Below, in pieces: positions 41,057 to 55,462 of a DNA stretch of 64,000 nt. The notes under the pieces were generated by a model. The model had not been told where the DNA came from. It searched no databases and worked only from the letters and a program-made list of their open reading frames with translations. Numbering within the stretch: position 1 is the stretch's first letter; every line of letters begins with the position of its first letter. The position numbers were made by a program, and so were the translations under genes. Source of the DNA: Eledone cirrhosa (lineage: Eukaryota); the NCBI GenBank assembly GCA_964016885.1, contig OZ024743.1, positions 157,666,001 to 157,730,000 on the forward strand. The letters are read 5' to 3'.

Positions 41057-42347
41057 TAATATGTGGAGACAGTCAAGTTTGCAATTTTCAACTGTACTGA
41101 GATGGGTAAATTTTGTGGCTTATATACAGTGAAAAGTGGCTCCAGAATGCTAAATCTTGCAAACTGTATTCCGACCAATCGGTGTGTAGTTTCACTGGAT
41201 TACTAAAGCTGATTGGTTTAGGCGTCACGGTTGGTTGAGCATGTCTGACGACTACTGTTTGACCCTATCCAAAGCATCAATTGTTTTGCTATTTTTAGAA
41301 ATGATGAAAATAGCATTTTCTAGTAATCATCACTATCAATATCACTTTTATTATTATTATTGTTGTTGTTGTTAGTGGTGGTAGTCGACATGACATGGTC
41401 GTAGTCATAGTCATAGTAGGAGTAATACCCCATTATTATTGTTCATTTAGCTCGGGTTGGAATTTATCAATAAAATTCTTTTCTTTGATTTTTCTCTTGA
41501 TTTCACTTGGGCTGTGTAATTTGTAGAATGGAAATATTATAAATATTCTCAGACCACATGTTGCTAGATGCTTACTCAGGGGTATCTGACTGATATTTGG
41601 ATCTCTGACTTGCTGTCGGTGCACCCGTGCACGTTCCGATAGTGCATTTCCAGTTTGACCGACATATAGTTCTTCACAATTCGGACATTTAATGCAGTAA
41701 ATTAGATTTCTGCTTTTGCAGTTCATATTTGCATTTGGGAATATTTTTCAAGTTTTTGTGTTCATATATTGACCGGCGTGTATGGATTGACATGTGCCAC
41801 ATCGACTATCATTGTATTTAGATATAGTGAATGATTGGTCTTTGTTGTTAAGGTCAAACTTTGCTTTTGTTAGTAATTGATTCAAATTTTTCGGATGTCT
41901 TTTACTAAGAGTCAAAGATCGGTCTGTGATTAAGCCTTTTAATTCATTACTTTCAGCAATGATCGGTAGGTTTGCTTTGGCAGTGTTAAAGATATTCTGA
42001 TGACATGGGTTGTGTGTCATTATAAATGGTATGACCAGTTCTTGGTTTCTTCTTCCTTGGCTTGTCCTAAGTTGTTGCATAGGTATTTTTATAGCCCGCT
42101 GTATGCCATTTTCTATAAGTAGAGATGGGTATTTTTGTTTGAGCAAAAATTCTCTTAGTTCTGTTAGGCATTTGTTCCTGGTATTCGTATCTACTACAAT
42201 GGTACAAATTCTTCTGGCTTGGCTGTATGGGATGTTGCGTTTTGTATGAGGTGGATGGCACGACTTAAAATTCAGATATTGATGGGTGTCTGTGTGTTTA
42301 TAATATATATCCGTGGTAATGGTGGTGTCGTTTTTGATTACCATTAT

Positions 42348-42517
42348 CAGTAGAGGGTCTGACGCCATGCTTTCCAGCATAGTTACGTCCCTTTACGATC
42401 TGAGTTCAAATCCCGCCGAGGTTGACTTTGCCTTTCATCCTTACGGGGTCGATAAAATAAAGTACCAGTAATGCCCTGGGTAATTGCTGGCCTTGTGCCT
42501 GAAGTAGAAACAATTAT
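42348..42517 (+). mobile_element. SINE family A inserted in the Penelope RT
   Basis: Removing it restores PFLDIMVIK; attat is duplicated at the flanks. Confidence 0.9.
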
Positions 42518-44032
42518 ATCTAGGAATGGTAATTATGTACTACTCATCTCTTTTGTGAATTGTAGAGATGGGTGTAGGTTATTCAGGAGGATATTGAACT
42601 CATCCCGAGTATCTAGAGATTCTGTGCAGATGATGAAACAGTCGTCAAGGTATCACTTCCAAGATTTTTCAATGTACTTTCTAAAGTCAGTGCTATATTT
42701 TTCCTCTATTTCTTGGTAGAGTTGTTGTTCTAAATATCCCATTACAGAGTTCGCGTAAAAGGGAGCAAACTTCGTTCCCATCGCCTCTAATGTGGATGTA
42801 ATTCTTTCCATTGAAGAAGAAAGTGTTGTTTTCCAGAATAAGTTTGACTGCGTCTAATATAAATGGCGCTGTGAATCTGGTGGGAATCACTTCTCTATGT
42901 TTTTCCACCCAGTATTTAACCGCCTTTATTCCTAAATTGTGTGTAATGTTGGTGTAAAGGCTTACCACATCAAAGCTAAGTAGCAGTGAATTCGTTTCCG
43001 TGGTTTTGGGAAGATGGGACAGGAAGTCGACATCATCCCGGATGAAACTGGGTATGTGAATACATAGTGGTTTGAAAATAATGTCAACAAAAATGCTTAG
43101 ACGATGGGTAGGGCATGTTGGACCAGCTATAATAGGTCTAAGTTTTAAGTCTTTTGGGTCTAGTAATTTAATGTACTCACTGTTTTGTTCTTTTACTGCC
43201 AGTTGTATTTCTTTTGACTTATGAACTTTCGGTAGGCCATACAGGTTGCTGGGTTTGGGCTCAAAATTATCAGTAAGTGAGTTGTGGTATTTTGAAGCCA
43301 GATTGTTGATCTTCTTCATGATGTTGTGGTCTATATTTGACAGTATTTCATGATAGAATGTTGTGTCTTTCAGTTGTTCCTCAACCAAATCCTTGTAGTA
43401 TTCAGCATCCATTATAACACCTGCACCCCCTTGTTTAATTATTATTGTTTTATCATTTTGTATACGTTTAAGTGCAGACATTTCTGATTTGTTAATGTTT
43501 GGCCTAACATTAGTATTACGTCTAAGATGAAATTTAGACAGGATGTCAATGTTTTGGTCGAGATAGATATTTCTTCCTTTTGGCGGAGTGAAATTTGATT
43601 TATTCTTTACTAGTGATTCATCACTCTCGTTACTTTTATCAGCGAAGAATTCTACAAGACGTAATTTTCGACAGAATTCTTGGGTATCCTCCTTCAGTTC
43701 TTGGTGGTTGACTGTTGGCGTCGGTGTGAAGTCCTTTTGACAGAATTTGTATTTCATCATTGTCAAGATCTTTTTTGGATAAATTAATTATTTTAGGATC
43801 TACGTGTACAGTTGTTTTGGGTATGTTTCCTCCTGGAGTTTTTCTTTTTCCGGTTTTTGTTGTCCTGATGTTAAAAAATGGATTTTTCTCTGTTCATGAT
43901 TTATATTCCTGTTGGTGTTCGCTTGATGAACTTTTGGTCGTGATATTATATTTGGTTTCGTTATGTTTCTTGTCCTATTTTTGGTATTATGTATATTATT
44001 TTTCCATTTCTTGTTAGCATTATTTTTAACAT

Positions 44033-44218
44033 GGGGCGGTGAATTGGCAGTATCGGTAGAGGGTTGGACGCCATGTTTTCTAGCATAATTACGTCCCTTT
44101 ACGGTCTGAGTTCAAATCCCGCCAAGGTTAACTTTGCCTTTCATCCTTACGGGGTCGATAAGATAAAGTACCAGTAGTGTACTGAGTAATTACTGGCCTT
44201 GTGCCTAAAGTAGAAACA
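44033..44218 (+). mobile_element. Full-length SINE family A with 14-bp TSD
   Basis: attatttttaacat at 44019-44032 and 44219-44232; A box tggcagtatcgg, B box gagttcaaatcc. Confidence 0.92.
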
Positions 44219-44253
44219 ATTATTTTTAACATATATATATATATATACATATA

Positions 44254-44730
44254 TCTATATATATAAAGTGAAGTTGAGCGTTGTTTGTTTGTTTGGTGTC
44301 CCGAACTTGCAGGCTACAGCGTTCATCCGATTTTCATGAAACTTGACACATTTATAAAACTCACCCGTAGATTGGAATAGGCTACTTGAAATTTTCGAAA
44401 AATCGATAATCGGGCCCCCAGAAGCCAAAAATCGATATTTTCATAAATCGTCCGATTTCGATGACACTCGAAGCAAGTGTGTATTTTGATCCGGGGATGA
44501 ATGCGGGCTACATTAAACTTTCGAAACACCGATAATTGGATCACTAGAAGCAAAAGTTGATATTTACGAAATGTGTCCGATTCCAATGAAATTTGATGTA
44601 GGTATGTATTTTGATGCGGGGATCAAAGTGGGGTCCTTGAAATTTTCAAAAGAATTGATAACCGGACCTTCAGAGGCAAAAATCGATATTTTCAGAATTC
44701 GTCCAATTTCAATGAAATTTGATATTACCA
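44254..44730 (+). repeat. Helitron-like 5' end with a ~125-bp internal tandem repeat
   Basis: TCTATATATATAAA start, (gttt)n, tccgatt...atgaaa motif at ~44326, 44450, 44576 and 44702. Confidence 0.6.
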
Positions 44731-46259
44731 CAATAATAGATCCATTATGAGTTACTCCAAGGCTGCAAAAATGCAGAAAGTTTTTTTCAACTCATAAATT
44801 ATGGGTTAAATGAGACCTTTAAGAGTTAGGGCAGACAATTATTCATAGTTTAATTATCAATGGCGCAATATTGTGGAAATATGCAAATCTACGCCTTTCT
44901 TTATGGGAAAATGGAAGGCTTTACAAACAGATATTCAGGGTTCTTTGAGTAGAATTCTTAATTCTTAAATAATTGTACAGTCAACAAAATACATGACAGA
45001 ATGTTTTTCATATTTTTTTCAAAAATCTTTTGATTTCAATGAAATTTAATGTGTATGTATTCGAACACAAGCACTTTTAGTTTACACCTGGCGCAATCAA
45101 AATCAATATAAGCACGCAAACACTGTGACTCACGCGCGTTATTGATTGGACGGCCTGTCTATACCACGAGCAGTATGTTTTCTCAACGATAGATACAAAA
45201 ACAGGTATCCACGCACGTGCGAACCGCCTTTTTCTCTTTGTGTGTATCCGCTTTTTGTGAACAACAATAAATCCGGCCGTCTCACTAAACGGACCTTTAC
45301 AGAATTTGCCCACTTACTTATCGGTGAGTTAGTGCTTATTTATTTAGACTACTTTCATGCCATTTCAGTTAAATTTAATTCATGTTTCGCCTTCCTTAAA
45401 TTTAAAAATCCCCATTGGGACTAGGGGATTGTCGACATCTTAGCGTTAAACTTTTTATATTCCCCCTTATTCAAGTGCAAATACAATAGTATCCCTAACT
45501 GAAAGGAAACCAAATTTAATGGTGTCTTTTGTGATGCCAAAAGCTAAAAGCGGTGAGTAAATTTTCAAACAGTCTTAAATAATCATGCATTTTGAAAAAA
45601 ATTTACTAAATAATACTTTGACCAAGTTGTATTGGACACATACAAAGTTGTAAAAAATGTTACGTCCGTACCAATTTTTTCCTTTTTTAAACAAAAGGTT
45701 CTACAAAATTACTTAATTCATAACACTACTGCCACAGCCTTTTGCATAGGAAGTGAGTAAGTTTTCGGGTTTTTAAACGTAAGTTCACCAGGGTTTGTAT
45801 CTTTTCCATTATTAGCCCACCTCTAATGGCATTTTTTGTTTTGTTTACGACTAAATGTTATGAGCGTATTTGCAAATTGCTATTGTTCTTTAATTTTTTA
45901 ATTAGTTGCCATAGATCATCTGCATGCAGTGCAATTCATTGCGCACACGCACACACCTGCATGCAGATAAACACTGACAGCTAATAAAAAATCGATAATT
46001 TGCTTATTAAGACATCGGTCAAAAAGAGAGATTGAATGTACTTTAGAAAATGTTGGAATATATTGTTCTTTCTAGCATGATATATCAGAAATATAGCTAC
46101 TATTCACTTTGGTTATTTTTTGTAACTAAGAAACGGTCCTTTTGGGTGGATACTTAACGAGAAAGATCCCAGGGTTTTGGACAAGTTTGTTTCAGGCACT
46201 TTATAGACGCCAATTTTGTCACACCTTGATCATGAATTCGCATTCTTTTCCAATAGATA

Positions 46260-46498
46260 CCGTATTTTCCGCTCTATAAGGCTCACCGGCATATAAGGCG
46301 TATCATTTAACATCAGGTCCGCGCAACGGCGTGTAAGGCCAACCAGGAAAATGCTATCTTCTTTACTTTTAGTCTAGATCTATTTCTTCTGTTAGATCCG
46401 TGATTGATTACCATTGTATTATTCATACATAATCCTCAGAGCTGTTTTTTGATGAAATTTAGGTATTTTAAATGCACTTTATAGGCCGGAAAATTCGG
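46260..46498. mobile_element. Tc1/mariner-pogo type MITE
   Basis: TA-ccgtattttccgctctataa ... ttataggccggaaaattcgg-TA. Confidence 0.75.
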
Positions 46499-48431
46499 TA
46501 AGTTATTATAATCATATTTACAAACCTTCCCATTCACCAGTAACCATGCTAGCGAATCTGGTGTCACCTCTCTCTGTACTTAATCACCCCTCTCTAACCT
46601 AACAGCTTCGTTACACATCGTTATGCCCACACGGAAACGTTCAAGACTTGCCTCCAAAAAGGATACAGCTACTGATTGGAGACGACGAATTAGGCGTTCT
46701 CGGGTATGCATTCATTCACAATTGGTTAATCCTTTATGCAATATTCTCCCTTAATGTTAGCAAGCACTGCGTTTATCCTAACTGTCACCACTTTTAAGCA
46801 ACTACAACATTCTAATCGTAGTTATATTAAATGTATTGTCTTACCTTGATTCCCTTTTGTTCATATTACACTTTCCTCATTTACTATTGGTACAGTGCCT
46901 TTGGCTTAGCTAACCAGTAGCATCAATTAACTTTCTCTAGGAAACACCTGCTGAGCGCGAATCTCGACTCGCTGATAGACGTCTTTCCCGGCTGGTTGAG
47001 TCACCAACATCCTGTACGACAAGGCTTGCTGATGTTCGCCTTCATCGCCAACAAGCGCTTGCGGAGGAGTCACCAACATCCCGTACGACGAGGCTTGCTG
47101 GTGTTCGTCATGTACAGACCAAAACACCGCCTGAGTTCCTGATAAAGTCAGTCGAAGATATACAAATACTGGGGCACAACTCTGGTGTCTATGTAAAATT
47201 GCAACACTGTAATGTACTTCTACCATTCTGCTGTTCAAAAACTATCTATCAATAATTAATAAAGTTATTAACAATTGTAAATAGGGAGTTTCTTTCCATC
47301 CACCATGTATACATATAATGAGATACCTTAGGTATTAGAAACTTTTTTAAAGGTCTTAGGTTTGAATCCGTTCTAATTTCTATTGTTAGTTTTAGCAGTG
47401 GTAGGTTTGAGAATGCTGTGGTGGTGTTGAACCTAATCGAGTAGATACAATTTGTTTCGTCCTTTTAAGAGTATTTAGGACTACAAGTTCTAATGCTTCC
47501 CTTTTTTTTATATTACAGTGTGCCAATTTAACACCACCATCTGTCCCGTGGTGCTATTAGAGGATTCGTCTGTTAAAGGCATTCAAACCCCGTCTCCAAT
47601 GTAATAATGTCTACCTCTTCCCCCTCTTCTTGCCCATCATCTTGCTCTCATTCATCTCGGAAGACACGAAAATTGACATGGATATATCCCTTCCCTACCT
47701 GACTAAGCCTTAAATATATGATGATCGATTGCGTCAATGTTGCATGAAGCTATGATATGGTGGTCTAAGTAATACTGAAATATTTCTTACAAATCTTTAC
47801 AACTTACTGATACTTTAACGTTTGCCCTAAAATTACGTATAATCGGCAGTCTTGTATGTGTGGCATAATTATAAGTTAATTAATCAATTATCCGATATCT
47901 GTCTTTCACACATGCCATCAGTTTAAAACGTCCAACCCTAAGATTTCAGATTTTACTGAATGCAATAGTCAAATCTATAGAAAGGTATGCGTAATTACAC
48001 AAATTTTCTGTATAGCATACATTCAAACATGTAACTTCAAAATCCAAAAGTACAGAATAACTCTTTATAAGCAACTAAAATGCTATAATCATTCCTCTCC
48101 CTATCTATCAGACTATCATTCGCTTTTCTCTGTTTATGTTGTTGATGTTTAGTCTGAGATCAACCCTGGTTTAACTGTCGCTATTTGCGAAGGAATTCCT
48201 GTGTTCCCCATTTTGGGGGCTTACATTATCAAATCAGTCTTTTCGTGTTTTAGGACTCATTGGTGTAATTTAAATGAGGTTTTGGCTCGTCTGTGTTTTG
48301 ACATACCTCAACAAAGTTGCTATCTTACTAAATTTATTATATACATGTGTGTGTGTGTATGCGCGTGTGTGTGTTTGTGCTTGTATGTGTGTATGCGTGT
48401 TTGTGTGTGTGTTACACACACAAACACGCAT

Positions 48432-48517
<86 letters not shown>

Positions 48518-50027
48518 GCATAGGTAGATGGATAGGTTGATAGGTCAGTATATATATCACAAAATTATGTTTTAGGTAAATTAATATAGAATTCCCCGAA
48601 GCATCTATATATATTTCATAATGTAGAGCATCATACCATGAAATCATTGTACATTCGTTTCCTATCTATTAACATATACAATGTAATTTATTACTTAAGG
48701 CACCACACTCCTTCTCAATCTCTGCTAATAGCTCTATGTATCTAGTATGTATATAGGTATCAACGAATTACATTGTGGATAAATAACTACTCACATTAAA
48801 GAACACATCTAATTATCTACACAACATCGCTGCTGGATGTTCTACCTGTCAATGACGTAAAATGACTGCACAGTATTCTCTTGAATCTAAAGCCCTGCAT
48901 TACATGTGTCATGATACATAACTTTAATACAATAACTATTTCTATGCCATAATCTTATACCAGTTTTAAAGGAAGTAAGTTGTGCTTCTAGAAGCAGAGA
49001 AGCGACGTCAATAACTACTCAGTATTCGTTCACTCCTTAATATCTAATTATTAATAACGTTACATGGTTTCATATTTTGGTGTTAGTAACATAAGTTACA
49101 TGAAATAAATGCAATCTGACATCGAAAGTGAGGATAGAACAAACGTAATTTCAGCTATACACAATTTATTTCATTACGTTGTATTAAAAGTTGTCGTTTA
49201 TTTTTTTAAGATTCGACAATATTCCACCTTTCCAAAGACTATTTACTGACTAGTCTAGTTATTTTGGCCCACATCATTAAACAAAAAAAGTCACCCCAAA
49301 TTGATTCCGCCATATGACTGTCAGGGGAGAACACGGTGTTAATTGGTCTCCGCATCATGTCAAATAATTAAATAAATAAATTTTCCCCTAGAGTCGATTA
49401 AAATAAAAAGTGCCAAGAAAGATCGGTGGTGGTTCAGACGTAGACGCTATTCATTCTCTAGTTAAGTCACTTTTGAAAAGATCTTACAAAGACTTTCTAT
49501 TACAAGCAGAACAATCACATTCTAAAATTGAGTCATCGCTGATGAGACAACCAGTGATACATTGTATGCACACTACCCTGAAATACAATTTTCTTATTTA
49601 CTTCTAGTTATTTTGTTTAGTTGTATTTTCGTTCACTTTTTTTCATTCTTCATCTAAACTTAATATAATTCTCAGTGTATAATCTAATTGTAAAATTCTT
49701 TGTTGTTTTTTTTTTTCACTTCTTGAGGGAAAATATATAATAAAATAAAATTTCGCAGTGCCTAATTTTGATATCTATAGAATGTGATGTAAAATTAGTT
49801 TCAAGGCATTGATACTGCGTGTTAAAAGTGTTCTAATACTGGCAGCTTTAACGCCACAGGAGACATGACCGTTTAAAGAAACACAGCACCACAGGGCGTA
49901 GGTGTGCGTGCCGGGCTCTATACGGTACTGTAATTATATGTGTGTGTATGCGTAGTTGAGTATATATATATGTACATGTATGGAGACGAAGAAATATATA
50001 TATGTATATATATATGTGTGTGTGTGT

Positions 50028-50059
<32 letters not shown>

Positions 50060-50204
50060 ACGTATATGTAGACGAACAAATATATATATGTATGTACATA
50101 CATGCAGACGAACAAATATTTGTATGTATATATGTGTGTGTGTGTGTGTGTTCGTCTGCATATATGTAAACACTCAGACACATAAACACACACACACACA
50201 CATA

Positions 50205-50254
50205 CATGCATACATACATACATACATACATACATACATACATACATACATACA

Positions 50255-50284
<30 letters not shown>
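50205..50284. repeat. (CATA)n microsatellite
   Basis: Read directly. Confidence 0.95.
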
Positions 50285-50287
<3 letters not shown>

Positions 50288-51527
50288 GTATTGTGCGTGT
50301 TTTTTCTCGATATGTCTGTTGTACTTGATGTTTCTTTGAGACTGCTTCCAAACAGCAAGGGACCAAAAGAAACAAAAACGTATATCGTTAAAATCAACTT
50401 TTCAAAAGTATTGATAACATCTCAACAATTGAAATGAAAAAAATTAGTGAAAAAAAAAAAATTTCTTTTATAAACTGTAGAAATTATATCCATTCGTGTA
50501 GAATATTTAATTCTGAAAATAAACAAAGAATTTAATTTCTATTAAAGAAAATATCTTCCTATTCTTTGTTAGAAACTTCGTGACGAGTTATTTTCAACAG
50601 ACTAACTTGCTTATTTTCTATCTTTTACTCATATTTACAGCATTAAAAAAATTTTTTTTATTTTAATATATAATAAATGCGTGTAATTAAACATACGAAA
50701 ATAGATATATTGCCAAATACAGAAATGAGTAATGTAATAATTTAACGTATGTAATTTACTAAATTGCTTGCTGTGACGAATAATAAACGTTTCGGCCAAA
50801 GGTTTCTTTTCTTAGAAACGTTTGTGTTTCGTATTTCTCAATGCTAGCCAATTCATTCCACTTGTGAACTGTTTATACTCACTAATTACCGATGTAACTA
50901 TACTAGTTTCTTTGGATGTGCAGTTTACGTTAGCAATTCTATTGTTTGGACCATGTAGATTCTGTTTTTGATATATGGCTTCGAAGGAAAAACTACATCA
51001 AGTGATTTGTTGTTCATTTTGCTGTTTTTACTGATGTTTAGCTCCATCTTAGCGCTGATTAAGCATACTCAGAAAAAGGAAGTTCCAGTCATAATGAACT
51101 CGTCCTTTTGCAGCTCCAGGATTTCGTTGTCCAATCGCTCGGTAAATTAGTTCTTTCGCTCATTTATTTTAGCCTATACCTACGCCGCCTTCCAGCAACT
51201 TCACCAAACACACAAACCCCCCCCCCATTCGCAGATGCCATATCACACTTACATCCGCCAACAATTTTTCAGAAGCTGCTCCACAGCTTTACATAACTCA
51301 TCAATCTTGGACTTAAATAAGCACTTTTAATGATTGTGCAATATGGTATTCAGCTACATGGAGAAATGGTATAACTGAAGAGCGATATGTAAATAGCTCC
51401 CCGGCGTTCTGCCGACTATCTTCTTGTCATAATACTGTTCCATCGGGATTGATTTGAGACTATACAGTATCAGCATTGTTTGGAGTCTCATAATAGAAAC
51501 TGTTATTTAATATATATTGCATACGTA

Positions 51528-51730
51528 TGCGCGTGACTGAGTAGTAGAGAACTGGATCGTGAGGTTGTGAGTTCGATTCCTGGACCGAGCGATGCGTTAT
51601 GTCCTTCAGCAAGACACTTTATTTCGCGTTGCTCCTTCTACCTGCAGTTGCGTCTGATAGAGAGTATAGATATTGGAAAGACCAGCGAAAACATTGTTTT
51701 CTCAATCCGATTTGACAAAAGTCGATCGAT
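51528..51730 (+). mobile_element. SINE family B (CORE-like)
   Basis: Aligns to 55463-55670; B box gagttcgattcc. Confidence 0.8.
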
Positions 51731-52619
51731 TGTCAATACATATGAATTTGTAAAATTAATTAGTGATTTCTTCCGACACAGATATCCTGTTACATGTTTC
51801 TATATAATTGCATTTCATCCATAGTACTAATGAGATTCCCCACCCCATCTATATAGTAAGGGACAACCGCACCACAAACTTTATCTGACAACTGACTATG
51901 ATTCCCCAGTGTAGCTATTTCGCAATCCTTACACTATCAATACATATAAGAATGGCATAAATGCCACATCCCCCATTATCGCTTTATGCCCGAACAAGAA
52001 TAGTCTATGTGATCTATTGAAATACCAACCAAATACCCATAAATCTTAAATTAAGGATACATTGGAGAGGCATAAAAACTCAGGATTTGGCACTAGTGGA
52101 AAGCCTTTATCGTAGACTTACTCGATCAAAGCTACTAATCTGGGATTGAATAACAACAAAAATACATCAGGCTACACATTGGAAAATATCTCAAAACACG
52201 AACATTGGACTGAATATATGCCAGATATAAATTATTATCCTGCTATCACTTTATGCGTATATTAATATGGTATCACTTGTTCATAATCATCGCCTTCATA
52301 AACCTGAGCGAGTAATGTATCATTTTACAAGCAATTCTTGCGTGAGGACCAGCATTATATCATATACCGTACGCATATTATCAATCAATCATGTACTATT
52401 TTGTATGAGTAATTATACGAAAATAAATATTATGAAGATTAATTAAACTTTACAACAATTTCAAATCGTTGTATAAACCTAAACTCACAATTTTAATGCC
52501 ATTCAAATATCATATTGAAATGTATGATGTATGCTCTCCGACATTCATCAACTTCTCGGTATTGTTTGTCGTTTTTATTTTTGTGAACGACACTTTTATA
52601 TCTGTTTATTTATTTCCTT

Positions 52620-54688
52620 ATGAGTGTTGCGGAAAGCCGATAACAGCCGCTGAAGTACGAGAGGCTGTGACTGGCTGCACGATGGGCCAATCGTCTGGTT
52701 GGGATGGTCTTCAATATGAGCTTTACGTACACATATTAGACTTGTTCGGAGATCACTTGGCGGATGTCTACTGCAACTGGCAGCAGAACGGCATAAATCC
52801 CTGCTGTGAACCGAGGACCGTTGGTGCTGCTGAGAAAGGACCCGAACAAAGAGGACAACATAGATAATGTCAGGCCTATAACTCTGCTAAACTCAGAGTT
52901 CAAGATTTTGGCCAAGGTGCTAGCAAAGAGGTTGGCACTTGTCGACGGGAATCTGGTGGGAGAGGCACAGACATGCGCAATTCAAGACAGATCCATCCGC
53001 GACAACCTACACCTCATGCGATACATCGTGGAGAGGGTAGCTAAAAAAACCTGGCACGGGTGGGGCTTTGATCAATTTAGATCAGCCGAAGGCTTTCGAT
53101 GGGGTCGGCCATCGGTGTTTAGTGGGGGTTCTGAGGGCGGTCGGCGTCAGGTCCGTCTTCAGAGGCTGGATCGCGGCCATGCCCAATGTCATCTGCTCTG
53201 TGGGGAGAGTGAACGGTCACCTTTTGGAACCATTCAACATCAAATGTTCGGTCCGCCAAGGATATTCCTTCTCGTCCCTGTTGTAAATATTGAGTCTCTA
53301 GCCATTGCTGCACAAACTGGAGACGTTGAGAGGCGTCCCGCGAGAAGTGGGATGCGGGACAACCGCGTCAGCTTATGCGGACGCCATTACCGTAGTGGTG
53401 TTGAACACCAAACTTATCGAGGCGATCGGCACTGGTCTAAGAGCATACGAGGCGGTGATAGGTGCAATGATTAACCAAGAAATGTCAGTGGGCTCGCGGC
53501 TCGGTACCTGGAGAAGCAAGCCCATAACGTCCACCAGCGGTATGTGGCACTGGACGGACTAACGGGTTAAATTTCTAGGGGTATGGTTCGGTCCGGACAT
53601 ACAGACGAGCAGAACCTGGGACAAGGGGATGAGCAGCGTGGCTTTTCTCACTCAGAAACGGGCCGTGAGGAAGCTAACCCTGAAAGGTCGAGCGGGGTGT
53701 GACGAATGCGTACATCATGCCCATATTCTACTACCACATGACTATCAAGCCTTACCTAAGCCTCACCTGACTGCACTGGAGCGTTTTCCCGTTTCGCTTT
53801 GTGGAAGGGATGCACTCCAATGGTCAGGCAGTCCATCATTTGTCAACACCCACTACGTGATAGGGCTGCACATGCCGTGGCTGATGATGTGCAGACATGC
53901 GCTGAGGCTACATCTCCAGCTCTTCCTTGACAATGAACATGTGTGGTCGCCCTTTGCTAGACACGTTTTACCCCAGCACGTCTCCTTCATGGAGCTGCAG
54001 TCTGGGTCAAGCGAACACCGAGAGTGAGCGCTTGGAGATTAGAATGTCTTCAGGTCCTCACAGCCCTCAGTCAATTGGGCACTGCGAACGGTGGAAACTC
54101 CACATTGGCGTTATATAGAGGATTAGTGGAGGTCAAGGGCGACGACATCCACGGAGAGGGTCTGGGCGTCGATGAAAATCAACTAGTTAATCTCTTCGGC
54201 AGATCTTTCGGAACGAGGCCCATGGACAACTTCCAGAAATCCTTGGCTTGGCAGAGCTCCTGAGATTTGCCAGTTTGTAATAAACTCGACAGGTATGGAA
54301 GTCCGATCAGCCGGAACTGTGTGAGATGCACGCAGGGTGCCGAAACCGTCAAGCACCTATCTCTTCGGCAAAGCCCTGATTAACTTTTTCGAATTTCATT
54401 TGAAAAGGAAAATGAGGATGAGTGGGAAGTGGTTCCTTTCAAGCAATTTGTTGAAAGATGGATGAGAGAGACGAAAACTGGCAGAGGGCACTTGCCCTGG
54501 TGGTCAGAGTCACCATGGCTTTTATGTGGGCTTTCTCCACGTTTGAACCTCGTATGCCCCCCCCCCCCCTCACCCCCCCGATTTGAGAATCTTTCTTTGG
54601 TTCATTTTTTTGTTACATCCTTTGTCTTTGTATTGTGCTGCCCTTAATGTTATACTTTGTCTCAACCCTTGTGGTTAATAAAGAAAAC
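52620..54688 (+). mobile_element. 5'-truncated L1/Tx1-clade LINE ORF2, degenerate
   Basis: SSGWDGLQYELY, RPITLLNSEFKILAKVLAKRL, LDQPKAFD, SVRQG, AYADAIT; AATAAA plus A-rich end. Confidence 0.9.
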
Positions 54689-54700
54689 ATTATTATCATT

Positions 54701-54915
54701 ACGGATTGACAGTATCGTTAGAGCATCGGACTATATGCTTTGCAGCATAGAGTTACGGTCCTTTATGATCTGAGTTCAAATCCTGCTGAGGTTAACTTTG
54801 CTTTTCATCCTTACCGGGTCGATAAAATAAAGTACCAGTCACGCTCTGGGGTCGTTTTAATCGACTCCCCCGACCCCGCCAAATTGCTGGCCTTGTGCCT
54901 ATATAAGAAACCCTT
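54701..54915 (+). mobile_element. SINE family A (long variant)
   Basis: Consensus plus the gtcg-tttaa-tcgac segment. Confidence 0.85.
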
Positions 54916-54949
54916 ATTGCTTGATGTTTCCGTCATTGATGTTATTCAA

Positions 54950-55435
54950 TCGAAATAATTGTGCTAATGAATATCGCGCTACTATCCGCAGCCTAACATA
55001 TTCGGGGCGTACGTTCCAAAGCAGGCGGGGGGGAGGGGCTGATGGTTTATAGCCATCCTTGGAAACTCTTTGAGATAGTACCCAGTGCTCCCATAACGAT
55101 GGGGACGACCTTGATCTCATGACAGTTTCAAATCCTTTTCAGTTCCCACTTCAGGTCCTAGTACCGGTTAATGTTTTCCCTCGCTTTTTTCCTGCACTCT
55201 TGTGTCGAGGGGTCAAGCTATATCTATAATCAAGCACAATCTTTTTTTTTGTTGTCGAAAACCATTAAGGCAGCTGTATGGTGTTCTAATTCTTTATCAG
55301 TTTGTATTCTGAAATCCCATAACACCTTTACCTCGTTGTTTTCCATCACTGATTCTGGCTTATGTTCATACCACCTCTCGTTCAATTTGCACAAATACCA
55401 GTGGATCATTTTCCCTATAATATCATGCCTTTATA
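54950..55435 (-). mobile_element. R4/Dong-clade LINE 3' end (restriction-like endonuclease)
   Basis: RHDIIGKMIHWYLC, WYEHKPESVMEN, LWDFRIQTD, CLIIDIA, VVPIVMGALG. Confidence 0.8.
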
Positions 55436-55462
55436 TTTTATAAAGGCATGATATTATAGTGA

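Larger units (their letters stand above)
40901..44018 (-). mobile_element. Near full-length Penelope element (RT plus GIY-YIG), pseudogenised
   Basis: LYGLPKVHK, LRPIIAG, SFDVVSLYTNI, AMGTKFAP, WK*YLDD, PFLD, IYYKHT, LIYCIKC...YVGQT; pLTR ends at (TA)n; SINE inserted in the RT. Confidence 0.92.

Noticed and set aside
44033-44125. tRNA-like A/B boxes in SINE heads
   Set aside because: No cloverleaf, and each continues into a SINE body; not tRNA genes.
46998-47108. ~40-bp direct repeat with a 69-bp period
   Set aside because: Real, but only two copies and no identifiable element or ORF; could not be classified.
49533-49572. CTGATGA gac...gt GATA cattg TA, HHR-like
   Set aside because: GAAA is mutated, stem II is incomplete and there is no stem I; at best a decayed relic.
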